DNA from: Chrysomallon squamiferum
Lineage: Eukaryota; Animalia; Mollusca
DNA length: 64,000 bases
NCBI GenBank assembly: GCA_012295275.1
Contig: CM022679.1
Coordinates: 20,956,001 to 21,020,000, forward strand
Direction of reading: 5' to 3'
Part shown: positions 27,538 to 42,092 of the stretch, in pieces
Layout of the letters: each line of letters opens with the position of its first letter
How positions within the stretch are numbered: position 1 is the stretch's first letter
Translations under genes and position numbers: made by a program
The notes under the pieces: model-generated
Told to the model about the DNA's origin: nothing
Seen by the model: only the letters and a program-made list of their open reading frames with translations
Databases searched by the model: none

Positions 27538-27979
27538 TTTTAAAGCCTTTGGCTGGAGTTACAGCCTTTATCGAAGCCTTCTGCTTCAGTATGGTATATA
27601 TCGTAGAAATACTACGATCGTGCTGCCTAGCCAAGTCCGCTACATGCACACCTTGCTCATGTTTTTCTATGATTTCATGCTTTAATTCAAAGGACAAATC
27701 CGCTTCTTCTTCTCAGCAATGTCCTTTGCACTCACATTCATAGTCCGAAATTATTTTTTTGGCAAAATACTGCACAAAACGCTAACACAACACAACAGAG
27801 ATGCTTCCGCGGCGAGGTAACCACGTGAAGCAACGAGTGAGACGCGGGATGCTGGCCGGATGTTGTGTTGTTCGTTGCGCCAACTAGCGGCGGCGTATCT
27901 GAAGCTCGCTCGTAACTGGGATTTTGGCTTGCAACTCAAAGCTTTTAACTCGGAAAACTAGTAAGTTTGGGCCCTCGTA
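27538..27979 (-). mobile_element. Tigger (pogo-family) transposon 5' fragment with frameshifted CENP-B-type HTH transposase N-terminus
   Basis: Minus strand from ATG 27741: MNVSAKDIAEKKKR, a 1-nt frameshift, then LSFELKHEIIEKHEQGVHVADLARQHDRSISTIYTILKQKASIKAVTPAKGFK, resembling the Tigger/TIGD1-like N-terminal HTH. 27750-27979 is the reverse-complement homologue of ~770-960. Confidence 0.8.
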
Positions 27980-28903
27980 TCTATATTAGTTTTATTTTAA
28001 ATAATAATAATTTTAAAAAAAACTATTATATAGCCGTATTTTTTTTTTTTTTTTTTTGTTAGTAATCGATTCGGGTAATTTCGTTCGGAAATTTTAGAGG
28101 GAATTACATAACACCCGTATTTTGCAGCCCTTCGTCCACAGATGATTATTTATTTATTTATTTAGTTAGTTAGTTAGTCAGTTAGTCAGTTAGTTAGTTA
28201 TTTATTTATTTATGTTCTAGCAGTTATTGATATGAATAGCGAGTCCAGAATGTTGTAATCTTGACCGCCAGCAATTTGCAAGCAGAAATAATGTCAGTGT
28301 TACGATGTGCATATATATACGTATGTTTGGATACTAAATGTGCACTGGAAGAAATCCAATAAAAAACAAAACAATAAATAACCACATTTATATTCACTCG
28401 AACTGTATATGGTAAATACACACATAGATACACTAAAGGATTAAACACAAACATAAGACAGTGTCCCACATAAAATGTTATCCCCAGATCGAGAATAACG
28501 ATTTCTCAGAACTAAACGAATTTCCCTTAGTTGAAGATTGTTTCTGGGATCCAGTATGGCTTTTCTTTAGAGTGCATCAGTCCTCGATCTGAAAAGATAA
28601 AAAATCCGAATGGAATTGAAAAATTCCAGAACAGAATACAATTCACTGAACATCTTGTAAATATGTTGCTCATGTATAGTGCGATATTGTATTAAGTTTG
28701 AATAATTTTAGAAGACATTTTGAATGTTAAGAGCTTTTGTGCTTGTCCTATATTTATCATTATCATCAACATCACTTTGTAGCCTTAAAATAACTGTAGT
28801 TCTTAAAATTGTATAAAGCTCTTGATAATTCATGTTGTTTTTAAATGAATTTTTTAAGGCATGAATTGTAACACATTCTCTATGTAATCTACCATTCTCT
28901 CTG

Positions 28904-29005
<102 letters not shown>

Positions 29006-29506
29006 AGTTTTTATCATTTTTTTCTTTCTAACCTTAATTATATGAATGACAAGCTTAGGCATAAAAATGTCAGAAAAGAAACATATCTTAAAATAACAAT
29101 CAACGAAATTCACGATTGTGATTTAGTAGACAAATGAACGCTGATTTGAACTCAGTGCTCAGACTCGCCAGCGTGTCAAACAAGCCTCGGTTTAGCGACT
29201 GGACCTCGTTATGACCAAGCTTCTCATATCTTCTAATCAACTACCGTCGATTTCCTAATAACATTTTTCTCAATTGCTCGGTTAGTAAGATCGATGCGCA
29301 CCCTTTCTGACATAAATAAAATTTTATCTTTGTCAGTGACTTTAAGTTAATTATCTTTTCCTTCTTTATTTTCTTTATTTGTTTCTTTCTTTTCTTTTCT
29401 TTTTCTTTATTTCCATTTGTCTCTGTCTCTTTAATTATTTCTTTCCAGACAAAAACGATCTGCGTAATAAAGATTCATGCAGAATCAATACTAGCTAGAA
29501 GTAAAT

Positions 29507-29507
<1 letters not shown>

Positions 29508-29584
<77 letters not shown>
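29508..29584. repeat. (GA)n microsatellite
   Basis: Perfect run, complementary to the (CT)n at 28906-29004. Confidence 0.95.
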
Positions 29585-29588
<4 letters not shown>

Positions 29589-30752
29589 GGGATGAGAGGA
29601 TAAAAAAGATATTTAGTGACAATCAGGGAAAAAGGGAAGGAGAAATTTGCACATGAACAACTATTTGTTAAAAGATAAATAAATAATATCGCTAATACTG
29701 CTAATACATAACACACATACAGCTTTGATTTATGCATAAAATCACGCTGGATATCAGTTAATCTTAAATATAAAACTTGGTATCAACGTCATAATCTATG
29801 TAATTATTGTTATTGTGCCTTAATGGCTAATAATCATCTTTATTTTTGCCTAGCGATATTTTACACAAACGTAACGTAACATCCATTTACGAATCATTAA
29901 TACCAATATAATTTTCTGTTTCGGCTGATGCTTTAAAATAATAAATATTTTTGTTTCACGAATCTTACTGAACAGTCACTTTACAAAGAAATGCAGCAGA
30001 ATACAACGGTACAAACGGTTAATGACTGATAGGAATTTCAACATTATTCTTCTTTATCAATATTCATTTCAGTATCTTGTTAATACAGAAGCAGATGGCT
30101 GTGATGAGGGGGTCAATAGTTGATGCTGTTGGAATTTCGATTAACGAACATGTACGGATGATTTTGCCGTTGTCAGTGATCAGTAGGAGAGTGATTAGAT
30201 GTACAACTGTTTAGTGCATTTGAAAGCAATCAAGTCTTTATCAAATCGGTTGATAAACACTACAATAGGGTCTCTCCTTGCCCACTAAGTTATCAATTTA
30301 AAATCGGCCATTACCCTCAACCTGGGGGAATTTAAAGCAAATTTGTTTTCTCGAGAAATCAGATCTCTGTTTAATGATCGCTCAAAGTGTTTCGCGTTCG
30401 GGGTTATTTCTGAAAGACTCGTCCGTTTTCGTTTTGTCACTTTATTTCTGCCGTTCCAGCCAATAGTTATTGACGTAGAAGTTCATGCTAGTGAAAAAAA
30501 AGAGAAGAAAAAACAACAAAAAACGAGTGGCGCAGAGATACAAGAATAGACATGATTATCAGGTGAATGCTGTGAATTGACAGTAATGGATGACACTGTT
30601 TTGAAATTCATCTGTACTGAAATAACATGATAGAATTCACAGAGGATCCTGGAGCGATCGGCACTAACATATAACTAGTTTCGACCATAAAACACACATG
30701 TATATATGTCAATAAAAAAAGGACACGTACACAAATGTTGAACAATTTTTTT

Positions 30753-30791
<39 letters not shown>

Positions 30792-30950
30792 GAGTAACAC
30801 AATTTTGAGCACATTTAATGAAGATAGCTAAATTAATAATAATATATCTGAAATAATATATAAGCTTAGGTTGATAAATATGCATGAGTGTGAAATACAT
30901 ACACGATTGTTAATTAAATTATTATTATTATTATTATCATTATAATAATA

Positions 30951-30989
<39 letters not shown>

Positions 30990-31048
30990 TTCATTATTAT
31001 TATTACTATTGTTGTTGTTATTTTTTTACTATGTTCATTTTCATTATT

Positions 31049-31141
<93 letters not shown>

Positions 31142-32574
31142 ATGCTGTTAGTTCCAGAGTTTAGACACTTCTAGATAAAAGGCAGATAACCTAATATGCT
31201 TCACCTGAGGATGGCGCAAATTAGAACTTGAAAAATAAAATATGATAAAAGATCACATATTTTTCTCGGTCTGTATGTGGGAGATAAAAACAATGGTAAC
31301 AAAGAGAATAAATCTGACTTTAATTATTAAACGGTTAAAGATCTCAAATTGCTTTTGTTGGCAGGTCTACATCTTTCCATGGCTGCCTACAAATGCATTA
31401 TCATTCTCCATGGAATTACTCGCAGCCAAAATTGTTTTTAAAATTAGGTTTCTGTTTTTGCAGCCGGAGACATTCTTTGCAACGGCGAAGTGCTTTGACA
31501 ACAGATAGCTAAATTAAATTGTTGGAGAGATAAAATAATAAAAAAATAAAATTAACAATAACAAAAAAGACCAAAAAAAAAAAGTAAAAAAAATAAATAA
31601 ATAAAATAAAACAAAAGAAGAAACAGAACGATAAATACAATTGTTTACTTTTCTTTCTTCTTTTCTTATAACCTTTTTTATTTCTTCCTCTTCTTCTTTT
31701 CTTTTTTATTTAAATTATTTTTTAAATAAATTTTTTAGAGTATTTAATTTCAAATTGCCTATCGTTCAGCGATGTATCTATTATCCAGACGTTTTGCACT
31801 TTGTAAGGGAATAACTTGGTAACGAAGTCGAATCGATACGAATCGACCGCTAAACTCTTTCAGTGCGAGAACGGATACAGCCGAACGCTAGCCTCGTGAG
31901 AGACGAGCGAAGTTACGATGATGTAAAAACGTCCATTTAGCCCTCTCAGAGTGAGAAAGAAACAATTTTCAGCACCACACAGCCAGCTTGACTCGTATTA
32001 CCATATAGAACAGTCTGCTGCGGTGGTCTCTGTTTTCTCACACAAACACCAATTTCTCCCGAGACCCGCAGATTCCACTTACATAATTCAAAGTGTACCA
32101 GCCCACTCCCTTACACCTCTAAATGAAAAATCAATTCCTCGGACCATCAGTCACTTCATTACCTCTGACAATTGAAAATGGCGCATGCGAGTTTTCGAAA
32201 AACCCACAAAAAAACAACAAAAAAAACAAAAAAGAAAGAAAGAAAACAAGAACAAGAACAAGGAAGAAAGAATAAGAAACAAACCTGAATCTGGTAAAAC
32301 TAGCTAAGCTGTGTTTTGATGAATATTCATGAGTTAGAAAAACAGACACGCGGCTGTTAATTTTCATCCCGATGAAACGAAACCAGAAACTACCTTAATA
32401 ACAGAGATATGTTTGCGTTCCAGACTTAATCAAATAAAGACAAATAACGCCACTGCCATTTCTCCATCACTCTCTACTAATTACTGTTGTTTTTCAGAGC
32501 ATGGCACGAATCACTTGGTGAACGTTACCGCTGAGGCGCTATTCTCCCGTTGTCTCTCACTCGACCTCCCAGCC

Positions 32575-32794
32575 ATGCGCTGCAGCGTGCACGCTCTCAC
32601 GTGGATTATGTTCTTGTTCGGAGCTCTGACGTCCATCACGCTGTGTCTGGCGGTGTCCACGGACTCGTGGATACTCATGCGAGAACTCATCATCTCCGTC
32701 AGAGACATCAACGGCACGATGATAAAACTCAATCCTCACATGTGGATGATTACGTGGACCGGTCTGTGGAAATTCTGTGTGCAGGCCGACCTAG
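32575..32794 (+). CDS. TARP/stargazin-like (voltage-dependent calcium channel gamma-5/7-like) paralogue A, coding exon 1
   Basis: GCCATG start; MRCSVHALTWIMFLFGALTSITLCLAVSTDSWILMRE...TWTGLWKFCVQADL with TM1, STDxW and GLWxxC. Donor G|GTAATA; 220 bp, phase 1. Confidence 0.9.
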
Positions 32795-33259
32795 GTAATA
32801 ATGTTAAATTTGCACGTGTCTCTCTCTCTCTACTCTAGTCTTCGTTAATCTGTTTCTGTCTTCTGTTTTGTGCATCACTCACTAACTGTATGGTTTTGGG
32901 TTATTATATTTTTTTTCTCACTCATTCACTCAACCTCTCTTTTACTCACTTACAAACTCACCCATTCTCCTACTCATTCACTCACACATCCACTTGTTTG
33001 CCTCTCCTATCACTCACCAAATCCTCTTCTTTAATCCTCTTCATTCCCTCACCCATTCACTTACTCTCTCACTCACCGTCTTTCACTCACTCACTCACCC
33101 ATTTACTTGCTCATCCTCCCCCATGCACTCACTCATAATCGCTTTCTCTCTCTATCTCTCCACTTCTCTGATATTTTAATGGTTTTTTGTAACTTTTCGC
33201 ATCTACTGCCATAATCTACGTCTAAGGCCACTAAAATATACTTTTATGTTTTTCGCTAG

Positions 33260-33361
33260 GTTCATTAGACATAGAAGCAATAACGACATGTCAGCCAGTT
33301 AATTACCAACTGGACGAAACAGGACGCGAAAGCGGAGCAGTTACATCAATGACTATAATAG
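33260..33361 (+). CDS. TARP-like paralogue A, coding exon 2
   Basis: Acceptor tttttcgctag|, donor G|GTATGA, 102 bp. In frame: GSLDIEAITTCQPVNYQLDETGRESGAVTSMTII. Homologous to paralogue B exon 2 (CxPxxY...TSMxI). Confidence 0.85.
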
Positions 33362-35865
33362 GTATGAATTAAATAACCACGACGCTATGTTTACACGATG
33401 ATACATAATCAGCCAGACAGAGAGACAAAGAGAAAGACAGACGTTCAGATGGCAGTCAGCCAGAAAGAGAGATTACACGAAGCGATAGATAAATAAATAG
33501 ATAGGAAAATAGATATATAGAATGACATAACGATAGGTCCATTAATATACTGACTGACATATATATATATATGTATAGGTAGATATATAGGTAAGTTGGT
33601 AGATAATTTGATATATTTGTAGGTTGAGGAATACAGCATCAGAAAAAAAAGAGGAAAAGATATAACAACAATTGCATTACTACTTTTCCCACTCTACTTT
33701 ACCACTACGACTACAACTACTACTATTCACAGAATGACTATAACTACTACTATTACTGCATATACTACTACTAATGCTGCTATTGCTGTTGCTACTGTTG
33801 CTGCTATTACTACTACTAAAAATACAACTATTAGTATAACTACATCTCCTCCTACTATTACTACAGTTATTAGAATAAGTACTACTATTACTACTACAGC
33901 AACTACTACTACTACTGTTACTGCTAATACAACAAACACAATAGCCACTGCTACTACTACCACTATTATTGCTATCAATGTAACCATTACCGCTAATACT
34001 AATATTAATAATGGTGGTTTTTAATTGCAACAAATGTTTTGTTTAAAGCATTTTATAAAATAAGAGCTTATTTGCTGGGTAAACGAATCCTTTTTGACTA
34101 TCACCCGTTCCAACCAGTATCTCGCAAATCATTTATCGAAAGTCATGTTATATAGCGCTTTTTTTTTTATCGTATCATCATTATAAAATAAACATATAAT
34201 TGATATACCTAATGACTGTTACTAATGATTCTTGCCAGTGAATGATAACGCTGTTATTATATGCAACTAATTTAAAATATGCTTTGCTTTCAAAATATCT
34301 CAAGTGTTTTAAATGAAGGGAAATAACTCTAAACTTTTGTGGTACATTTTTTTCAAAAATTATTATTATTTTTATTGTTATTTTAAAATGTTTTTAAGCT
34401 TTACACTTTCTTTTAGCTTGTTTGTTTCCACCAGTTTCTAATCGGTGGAATAATTAATTTGATAATTTTAATAGTTTAGGCTACCGAATAATAATAATAA
34501 TAATAATATCATTCGACTGCTAATGTAGAAAGTTATCACTTCATTTTAAATTAGTCATTTCTTTCATGTGATTTCACTGAATATGAAATTTTACGATTAT
34601 AATCAAATGTTATTGAAATAATTTCTTCTTTTTAATTTTTATCGCAAAATTACAATAACCAAATATATAAATTACTCTTCTTTGTTTTAAGCTCAACCAA
34701 CCAGTGAACAGAAATAAGAAATTTCTGATGTCTGAGACTTCGGGTTAAACTCTGTTAGTCTTGAGGTTAGCAAAGCTAAAACTTACGATTAGCTAACGAA
34801 AGACAACTGAATCATGAATATAATTATTACGAAGAGATGAAAGAAATGTTTCTCAATACAGTTTAAATCAGCAGTTTAAATGACGTCATCACTCATTTGA
34901 CTAAGGACCATTCAGAAAAGAAGACAAAACTGGCGCAACACGATTAGCGGAAAAAGATATTTTATTATGTACCTTCCCATAAGCTGTAAATTATACGTAT
35001 CTTACATTGCAACCTGTAACAATTTTGAATGTATTAAGAAGTGCATTAATTTTTGTACATGTCTATTTAAATTACAGATATGTTTTTTCTTTAATTTCCA
35101 TCCTATTTAATATATATGGTATAATACGGAATTTTAAAGAATTTTATGCGGGCTAATACAGATCAAACAAAACCTGCTTTAAGAATGTATTAATCTGTAT
35201 CTGTAAAAATACGGTTTCTTTATTTTTCATTATTTGTTTTATATTTTAAGTATATACCTAGCCTGTAACCACATCCGGGCAAGTCAAGGAATCCGGCCAA
35301 CTTCCGGTCCCGAACTTTTCGGATAAATGGTCCGGTACCTTTAAGCGACCCCCCCTCGTATTACTATTTATTCTACCAGTGCTGAACTACATGCCAAGCC
35401 ATTGTCCGTAAACCGTCAGCTAATCTTTGCATGAAAACGTACTGAAGCCGCGGACTGATTGCTCGGGAAAGTAATCGCTCGCTGGGGAACATTAATATGA
35501 TATTTGTTGCTGAATGCGGTAGCAGGGACAGTTTGTCAAAAGTCATTTACATTCTCCTCCAAGACTATCAGAAACCTCGGAGGATAATATCCTAATTAAA
35601 TAGATGCAAATTTGAATTGCTGTTTGCTTCATGTTGCCAAGATGAAATGATTGGAATTCTTTTTTCAATTATTCTGGCTTTTTTAGAGGTATTTCTTTTT
35701 TCATTTTATTTTGTTAATGGACGACAAACATTAAAAATGCAAAATGGTAATGGTTTGCCTGTAGTTAGTGTCAAATGATAGATTTTTTTATTGCTTTTTT
35801 TTAATTCAAAATTTTAAAACTTTAATTGAGACTCTGCTTGGATGTTCTCTGGAGAAATTATTTAA

Positions 35866-35867
<2 letters not shown>

Positions 35868-35962
<95 letters not shown>

Positions 35963-36127
35963 CCTCTCTCTCTCTCTGACCTAAATACAGTGTTTAACTC
36001 CTCTTGGTTATATAACTGTCAGGTTGTCTTTTAGTCGTCTCCCGTCATCTGCGTAAAACGTTGGAACTCTTTAACATGTCTTCTTTGGTTTGTCTCCCTT
36101 TGTCAGTGTTAAAGTTTTAGAAATTTC

Positions 36128-36184
<57 letters not shown>

Positions 36185-36248
36185 ATATAACTTGTCTTTT
36201 AGTCTCTCCCTCTCTCTCTTTGGTTTGTCTCTCTGTTAAAGTTTTAGA

Positions 36249-36313
<65 letters not shown>

Positions 36314-36360
36314 TATATCTGTATGTCCGTCTGGCTATGTACTTACCTATATCTACCTAT
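35868..36360. repeat. Three (CT)n tracts separated by a locally duplicated spacer, followed by TATC-type repeats
   Basis: (CT)n at 35868-35978, 36133-36180 and 36252-36300. Spacer motifs (ttgtcttttagtc...tctttggtttgtctc...tgttaaagttttagaaatt) are present twice. Confidence 0.9.
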
Positions 36361-36566
36361 CTCTCTTTTCTTCTTCTTCTTTTGTATAATCAAAAGTTAA
36401 ACTTTTTTTTTACTTTTATTTAGATCAATCCCATTTAAACAAGAACTCATTTTTTTTTTTTTCATTCATAATCCATAGACTTATCTAGACGTTTTCCCTT
36501 GAACTGTATCTGTCAGTGTTCACGTAAGACATGATGTGTGTACTCTTTGACGTTTTCTCTTTCCAG

Positions 36567-36701
36567 CTGCCATGCGAGGGTCTGTTCCACTGCACGTTGC
36601 CGGTTTGATTCTCGCTTTTTTCGGTGATATTTTCTGCGTGTCTGGTAGCATCCACCGCGACATTAAGACGCTGGTTTCTGCCATTTTTTACGTCCTCGCA
36701 G
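36567..36701 (+). CDS. TARP-like paralogue A, coding exon 3
   Basis: Acceptor ttttctctttccag|, donor CAG|GTTTGT, 135 bp. AAMRGSVPLHVAGLILAFFGDIFCVSGSIHRDIKTLVSAIFYVLA; 25/45 residues identical to paralogue B exon 3 by hand alignment. Confidence 0.9.
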
Positions 36702-36948
36702 GTTTGTTTCGTGCAGTTTTCCTTTCCACTCGCTAATAACAGCTAGCATGCGAACTGGAGATTTCAGAAACGTCTTTGAATTATAATGACGTTGCTAATG
36801 ATTGCGCCTCAAAGCAATGATGATTTATAGCTTTGGTCTGTTTTGTTCGTTACAAGTTGTACGGGATTTGAGAGTCTGGTACTTTCGTGAGATTTTAGGT
36901 TAAAGAAAAGTCGAACCCTTGGAACTATTGTTAATAATAATTATAGTT

Positions 36949-37010
<62 letters not shown>

Positions 37011-37397
37011 GATGGTGATGATAATGATTTCAAACAGAAGGCATTAATAACCTTTAATAATGATAAGAACAATAGCAACAATAAAGTAAGGATAATGATA
37101 ACAACAATAATAAATATAATAAAATTTGTGAGTGTGTGTGCGTGTACATATATTAATTTATATAGATAGACAGACAGTCAGATAGTCAGATAAGATAGAT
37201 ATATAGATATAAATATAGATAGATAGATAGATAGATAGATACAAGAAAATATAGATATATAGACAGATAGAAAGGCAGGCAGAGATATATTGTAAGAAAA
37301 TCTTGAGTCTTGACTAAAGTCTTTGTTTCTAAATATGTATCCTTACATTTCTTTGATTTCTCGTGAAATTTCAAATAGATGCTTTTATTACGTCATT

Positions 37398-37503
<106 letters not shown>

Positions 37504-37546
37504 TTAAATCAAATAGTTTGTTTTTAATTATTTGTTATATTTTAAG

Positions 37547-37851
37547 GTCTGGCTATTGCTGTCGGAATAATCCTCTTCATTTCTGCCATTAATGACGAGG
37601 AAGGGTATCGGACGACCGCCAAAAAGGAGGAGGGAGGTTTCTATTACACATACGGATGGTCTTTCTTCGCCACGGGCCTTGGATTCATAACTTCAGAAAT
37701 CACGGCAGTGATTGCGGTTACTTTATATCTCCAGAGAAACATCAAGCTAGAGGATATGATGAAAATAATCCCTGGCTTGGAAGACAAAGTGAACTGTGAT
37801 GTGATAGACATTCCTAAAGAAGGGATCGTAAATTTAACTGCATCTCTCTGA
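37547..37851 (+). CDS. TARP-like paralogue A, last coding exon (total CDS 762 bp, 253 aa)
   Basis: Acceptor ttttaag|; GLAIAVGIILFISAINDEEGYRTTAKKEEGGFYYTYGWSFFATGLGFITSEITAVIAVTLYLQRNIKLEDMMKIIPGLEDKVNCDVIDIPKEGIVNLTASL*. The ISxINDE and YxYGWSF motifs match CACNG5/7-type TARPs. Confidence 0.9.
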
Positions 37852-38936
37852 CGCAGTTAAACTGTGCAGTGTAAATGGATGGATGAAAAACTGTACAGTA
37901 TTACGTATTCGAGTCGGTTTGTTAGTTTTACATGTGTTTACTGATAACTTGTTTTTGTTAATCTTTGTTATTTATATACGGTTATTAATTTATGGACGAT
38001 TACTTAAAATAACTTAAGTGTTTTTAGGTTTAATGACGATCAATCTAAGTGTCTTTTGTTTTACTGAATGATACTTTGGATGGTTCGTCATTGTGTCATT
38101 CTGTTATGAAAGCAAGACTAATAACAAGTTAATATACAGCAAATAATTGCAATGGTTTAGCAATTTTGTGATGATGCATTAAACATGGCGTGCAGTCAAC
38201 TCTTATATACTGTTAAATACGGTAATAACTTTTTTTTTTTTTTTTTTTCACTTCCTTTCATTTCGGGCTGAGGCGACGTTTCTATTCGTCAGACATGTTC
38301 GAGTGTTAGATGAACTCTGTAAGCGATCAGTCACTGCTTAGACTGTCCAGCAGTTGACGTACACGACAATACCAAGTCTCACACACCCTCGAGAACTTTT
38401 CTTTGAGCGGATCACGAACCAGAGGTCGGTCGAAGGATGACTTCGGCGAAACACGGGAGCCACTGGTTTCATCACGTTAATCTGTCGAGTGAGGAGAGTG
38501 TAGCGATTAAACAGTGAACGTGCACAGTAATCAAAAATCGTTGAGGTTTTAGTGAAAATCAATTCTGCTGTTGAGGCTGAACACGCTGTCCGTACAGTGC
38601 TTGTTAATAATGAAACGGATCGACAGACTCGCTGACCGTGATGAAGCGGAACAAACCGTCGATTGATCTGTTGATGGATCTATTATTGAGACACCAGCAT
38701 CAGTCTGATAACTTTGAACAGAAATCCACAGTATCGACAGAAGGCACTGTGGTACAGAGGAGTAAAATAAAGCCTTCGGGTCATGGGTGAAATAATAAAA
38801 TCCACGTCGAGGGCTTTAATCTGGAATTAATTTGGCAGCGGATGGCAATCTCTGTAAAATGTATTTTTCATATAGATAGATAGATAGATAGATATCGATT
38901 TATCGCTTTTTACGGAGAGAGAACGTAGTCCCATTT

Positions 38937-39271
38937 TAAAACCTATCTCTGACGCATGCAAAACGACTGCGCTGAATTTTTTTTCTCAAAATGTTTTTGC
39001 GATTTCAAACTGGTACTAACCAAGTCGTCACTGATTTTCGCAAACAAAAACAGACTTTCACCAAACTTTACATACAGGAACGGTCTATAAACCATATTCT
39101 TTTTACTGCTGTGCGCTTTTGTTTTGAACAATTCAAATATTAATTAAGCTGCATTTTGAACCTACCAAAAATAACTTCATGCTACATTTATATATAGTCA
39201 TTCGTCTTTCCACAGATTTTCCGGACGAAAGTCTCGCGTAATCATTTTGCATGCGGGGCAGATAGGTTTTA
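38937..39271. mobile_element. MITE with ~30-bp imperfect terminal inverted repeats (superfamily uncertain)
   Basis: Left TAAAACCTATCTCTGACGCATGCAAAACGA versus reverse complement of the right end TAAAACCTATCTGCCCCGCATGCAAAATGA; 25/30 match. Confidence 0.7.
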
Positions 39272-40466
39272 GTGTAGGTCTGTGTTATGACTGTAAAAGA
39301 AGATAAAAAAATAACTAAATAATGTTAAACAAACAAATATCCAAATATGAAAAAATAAATACATAAACGAAAGATGAACTTTTACAGAGATAGAAATATT
39401 CGGTCTTGTCAAGGTTAATCTTTAAATTCTGTAATTGTTCTCAGACAGACAATTCAACCTTTTGCGCTTTGTTCCAAGAACAGCCTGCTTGAATCGTGAT
39501 TCTACAAAAAGACGTTGAAATGAATGGACTACACTTACGTTAGTGTTTACGACGTTGAATCTTTTACTGTTGAATGTTTAGAGCTGTTTAGTTAGTATTT
39601 ATTTCAGTAGCAGTGTTAATGGTTACATAACTGTCATTAGACACCTACTGGCTTTAGTGAAGTGTTTCTATTCAAATAAATTTTTATACTCTTTCATCGT
39701 TTGTTTGCACGATCCGTTCTCACACTTGAAATGTCAGAATGAAATCATGGACGAGTTCGCCTAGCAACCACGTCCTGACTCTAAACAATTTGCCTTAATA
39801 GTTTTGCCTTTTTATTATTGTACAATACCTAACTCATGTTCTTTAATCAAAACACAGTATTAATAATGAAAAGTGTCTTTATCTAAACATTGATTAAACA
39901 TGTTTCCATCGTTTTCATTTTTATTGCTTGCTTTGTAGTAAACGTTATTGTGTGTGAGTTAATAACTTCAGTGACGGTGACATTTCCAAGCTGCCTCGAG
40001 TTTAAAAGCCATGTGAAAATGTTTCGTTTTGCTAGGTAATTGATACGTGTTTGTGTGTCTTTAATTCAACAGTTCACCGAGCCGACGCGGACTGTTTTAC
40101 TACTGGGAACCATACAATCAATATAATGGCGTTTAGCTTATACTTCCCACATTTTACGTAATGGACGTTGGATGTAAAACATCGTTCTATTATTATTTTT
40201 TCTTTTCTTTTTCTTTTTAATGGTGACAGCTGAAACAGAAAACTTAGTATCGCACAACTGACCTTTCTAATCGTTTACCAGCAAACAATCGTTAATTAGG
40301 CACCTTCTCATAGAGTGAGAAAAAGTACGATATCTGATCAAAGTTATGTTTGGAATGAGTAACGGATCAAAACCTTATGAGGATAGACCCTACGATTCTT
40401 TACTTCTCATTCAAGTGCAATGAAATAAACTTCTTTATTCTTTTTAAGATATTACACAACCGAAAT

Positions 40467-40632
40467 CAGGGTCATCTTAACAGCATTATAGGTCGGCGAG
40501 CAAAGCAGTTTACTGGGTTCCCTATATATGTATATGTAGTTAAAACCATGAAACAGTTTATTAACGGCAATCCACAGGATTCACGAATTGCACGAACCCC
40601 TAGAAAACTGCCCACTGTGCCCATGATTTAAA
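40467..40632. mobile_element. Possible degraded hAT-like MITE remnant
   Basis: Begins CAGGGTCATCTTAACAGCATTATAGG and ends ...CTGCCCACTGTGCCCATGATTTAA, resembling CAGGGCCGTCTTAA-type MITE ends. The right TIR is incomplete and no TSD is seen. Confidence 0.3.
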
Positions 40633-41493
40633 ATGTACTGGTTGTGTTTCAGTTGAAAGATCCAGTCGACAGAAGTTTTAGTATAATTATTATTTCCTTT
40701 TTGTGGTATATCCTTGCAAAATACGACCGACTGGACGGTTGTCGTTTTAAAACTTAATAATTCAGAAACTGATGCGATATGGTGTATCTGACATCTACAT
40801 TACTTACACAATACAATGAGAAGGAGCTGTTTGTATGTGTACATGTGTGCATGTGTTTGTGTGTGTTTTTACAAAAGAGATATAGAGATTTATGTTTCTG
40901 CGCTAATGAGTAATCACTAAGGTTTTCTTAATTTCTTTATCATTTCTCTTAACAACAATAACTTCATTATTCTAAATACAGTCTGTTTCAAAATAAATCA
41001 GCTTTTCCTTTCTCCGTTTTCTCACTTAACATTCAGTCTCGTCTCAATATTCTTCAGGGTTAGTCGGTGCGGCTTTCAATTTCATTATTGTAATTATATT
41101 TGAAACAAAAGTATTTTTCTGAAAATGGCATATTCATGCAAATCAAGGCTGACGCGAAGGTTCTATTGCAGACAAAACGAATTTAACCAAAAATAGTGTC
41201 CTTGTCAACAGACCGTCTTGGATACCAATATGGCGGTCCTTCCAGTAATGACAGAATGAGATATTTCGTCAGGCGATTGTAAGACTCCACCGCTTGTCTC
41301 GGAGCACCTGATGAGTAATTCAATTTGAGGTTTTGATTTCTTTGCTGGTGACGGTTACAGGATTCTGTGTCAGGTATCGATCAGTCGGTCAAACCAAGAA
41401 AATTGCCTTTATTTTATTTTTATTTATTTTTTACTAGTTGAAAATGTACTTTTTAGATAATTAAAGCGATCATTCTGTGTAAATATAATAATA

Positions 41494-41558
<65 letters not shown>

Positions 41559-42057
41559 TAATTTAATTAATTAATTAATTAATCATTTATTAATCGTAAT
41601 ATGTTAATGCCAGTTATAGGGAAGGAGAGATTATAAGAGATAGAAAGAGAGAATATTTCAAACCATTTAAATCGTTTCATCGGAATTTCAGATTTTTATT
41701 TCTGCCTAATATTATGTCGAATACTGAAAACCTGCCATAAACACAGGTTTGCAGTTTTAAACTGTTGATGAATATTAACAAATTAATGTATTTAAAACTG
41801 ACTCACAGGCTGTAGTCTAGAGTTGACGGATCACTCAGTCGTTCCTCCTCCAAGCAGCCATTAGGCCTTTCCCCTCGCAACCAGCGTGAAAGTTCTGCTG
41901 TATGTGAGAAGGTGTACATTAATAGTCTTTGTTGCTAATCGATATTGTGTTCATTGTATCTACTCACGTAGACTTTAAGCATATTTATGAGGCCATATAG
42001 CAATACTTTTAAAATGTCTTGAATGCGTTATAAAATAAAACGTTTCTTTCTTTTTTC

Positions 42058-42092
<35 letters not shown>

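Noticed and set aside
33680-34033. Thr-rich mucin-like and Ser-rich ORFs
   Set aside because: Degenerate (ACT)n/(ATT)n trinucleotide tract inside intron 2 of paralogue A, with no flanking splice signals.
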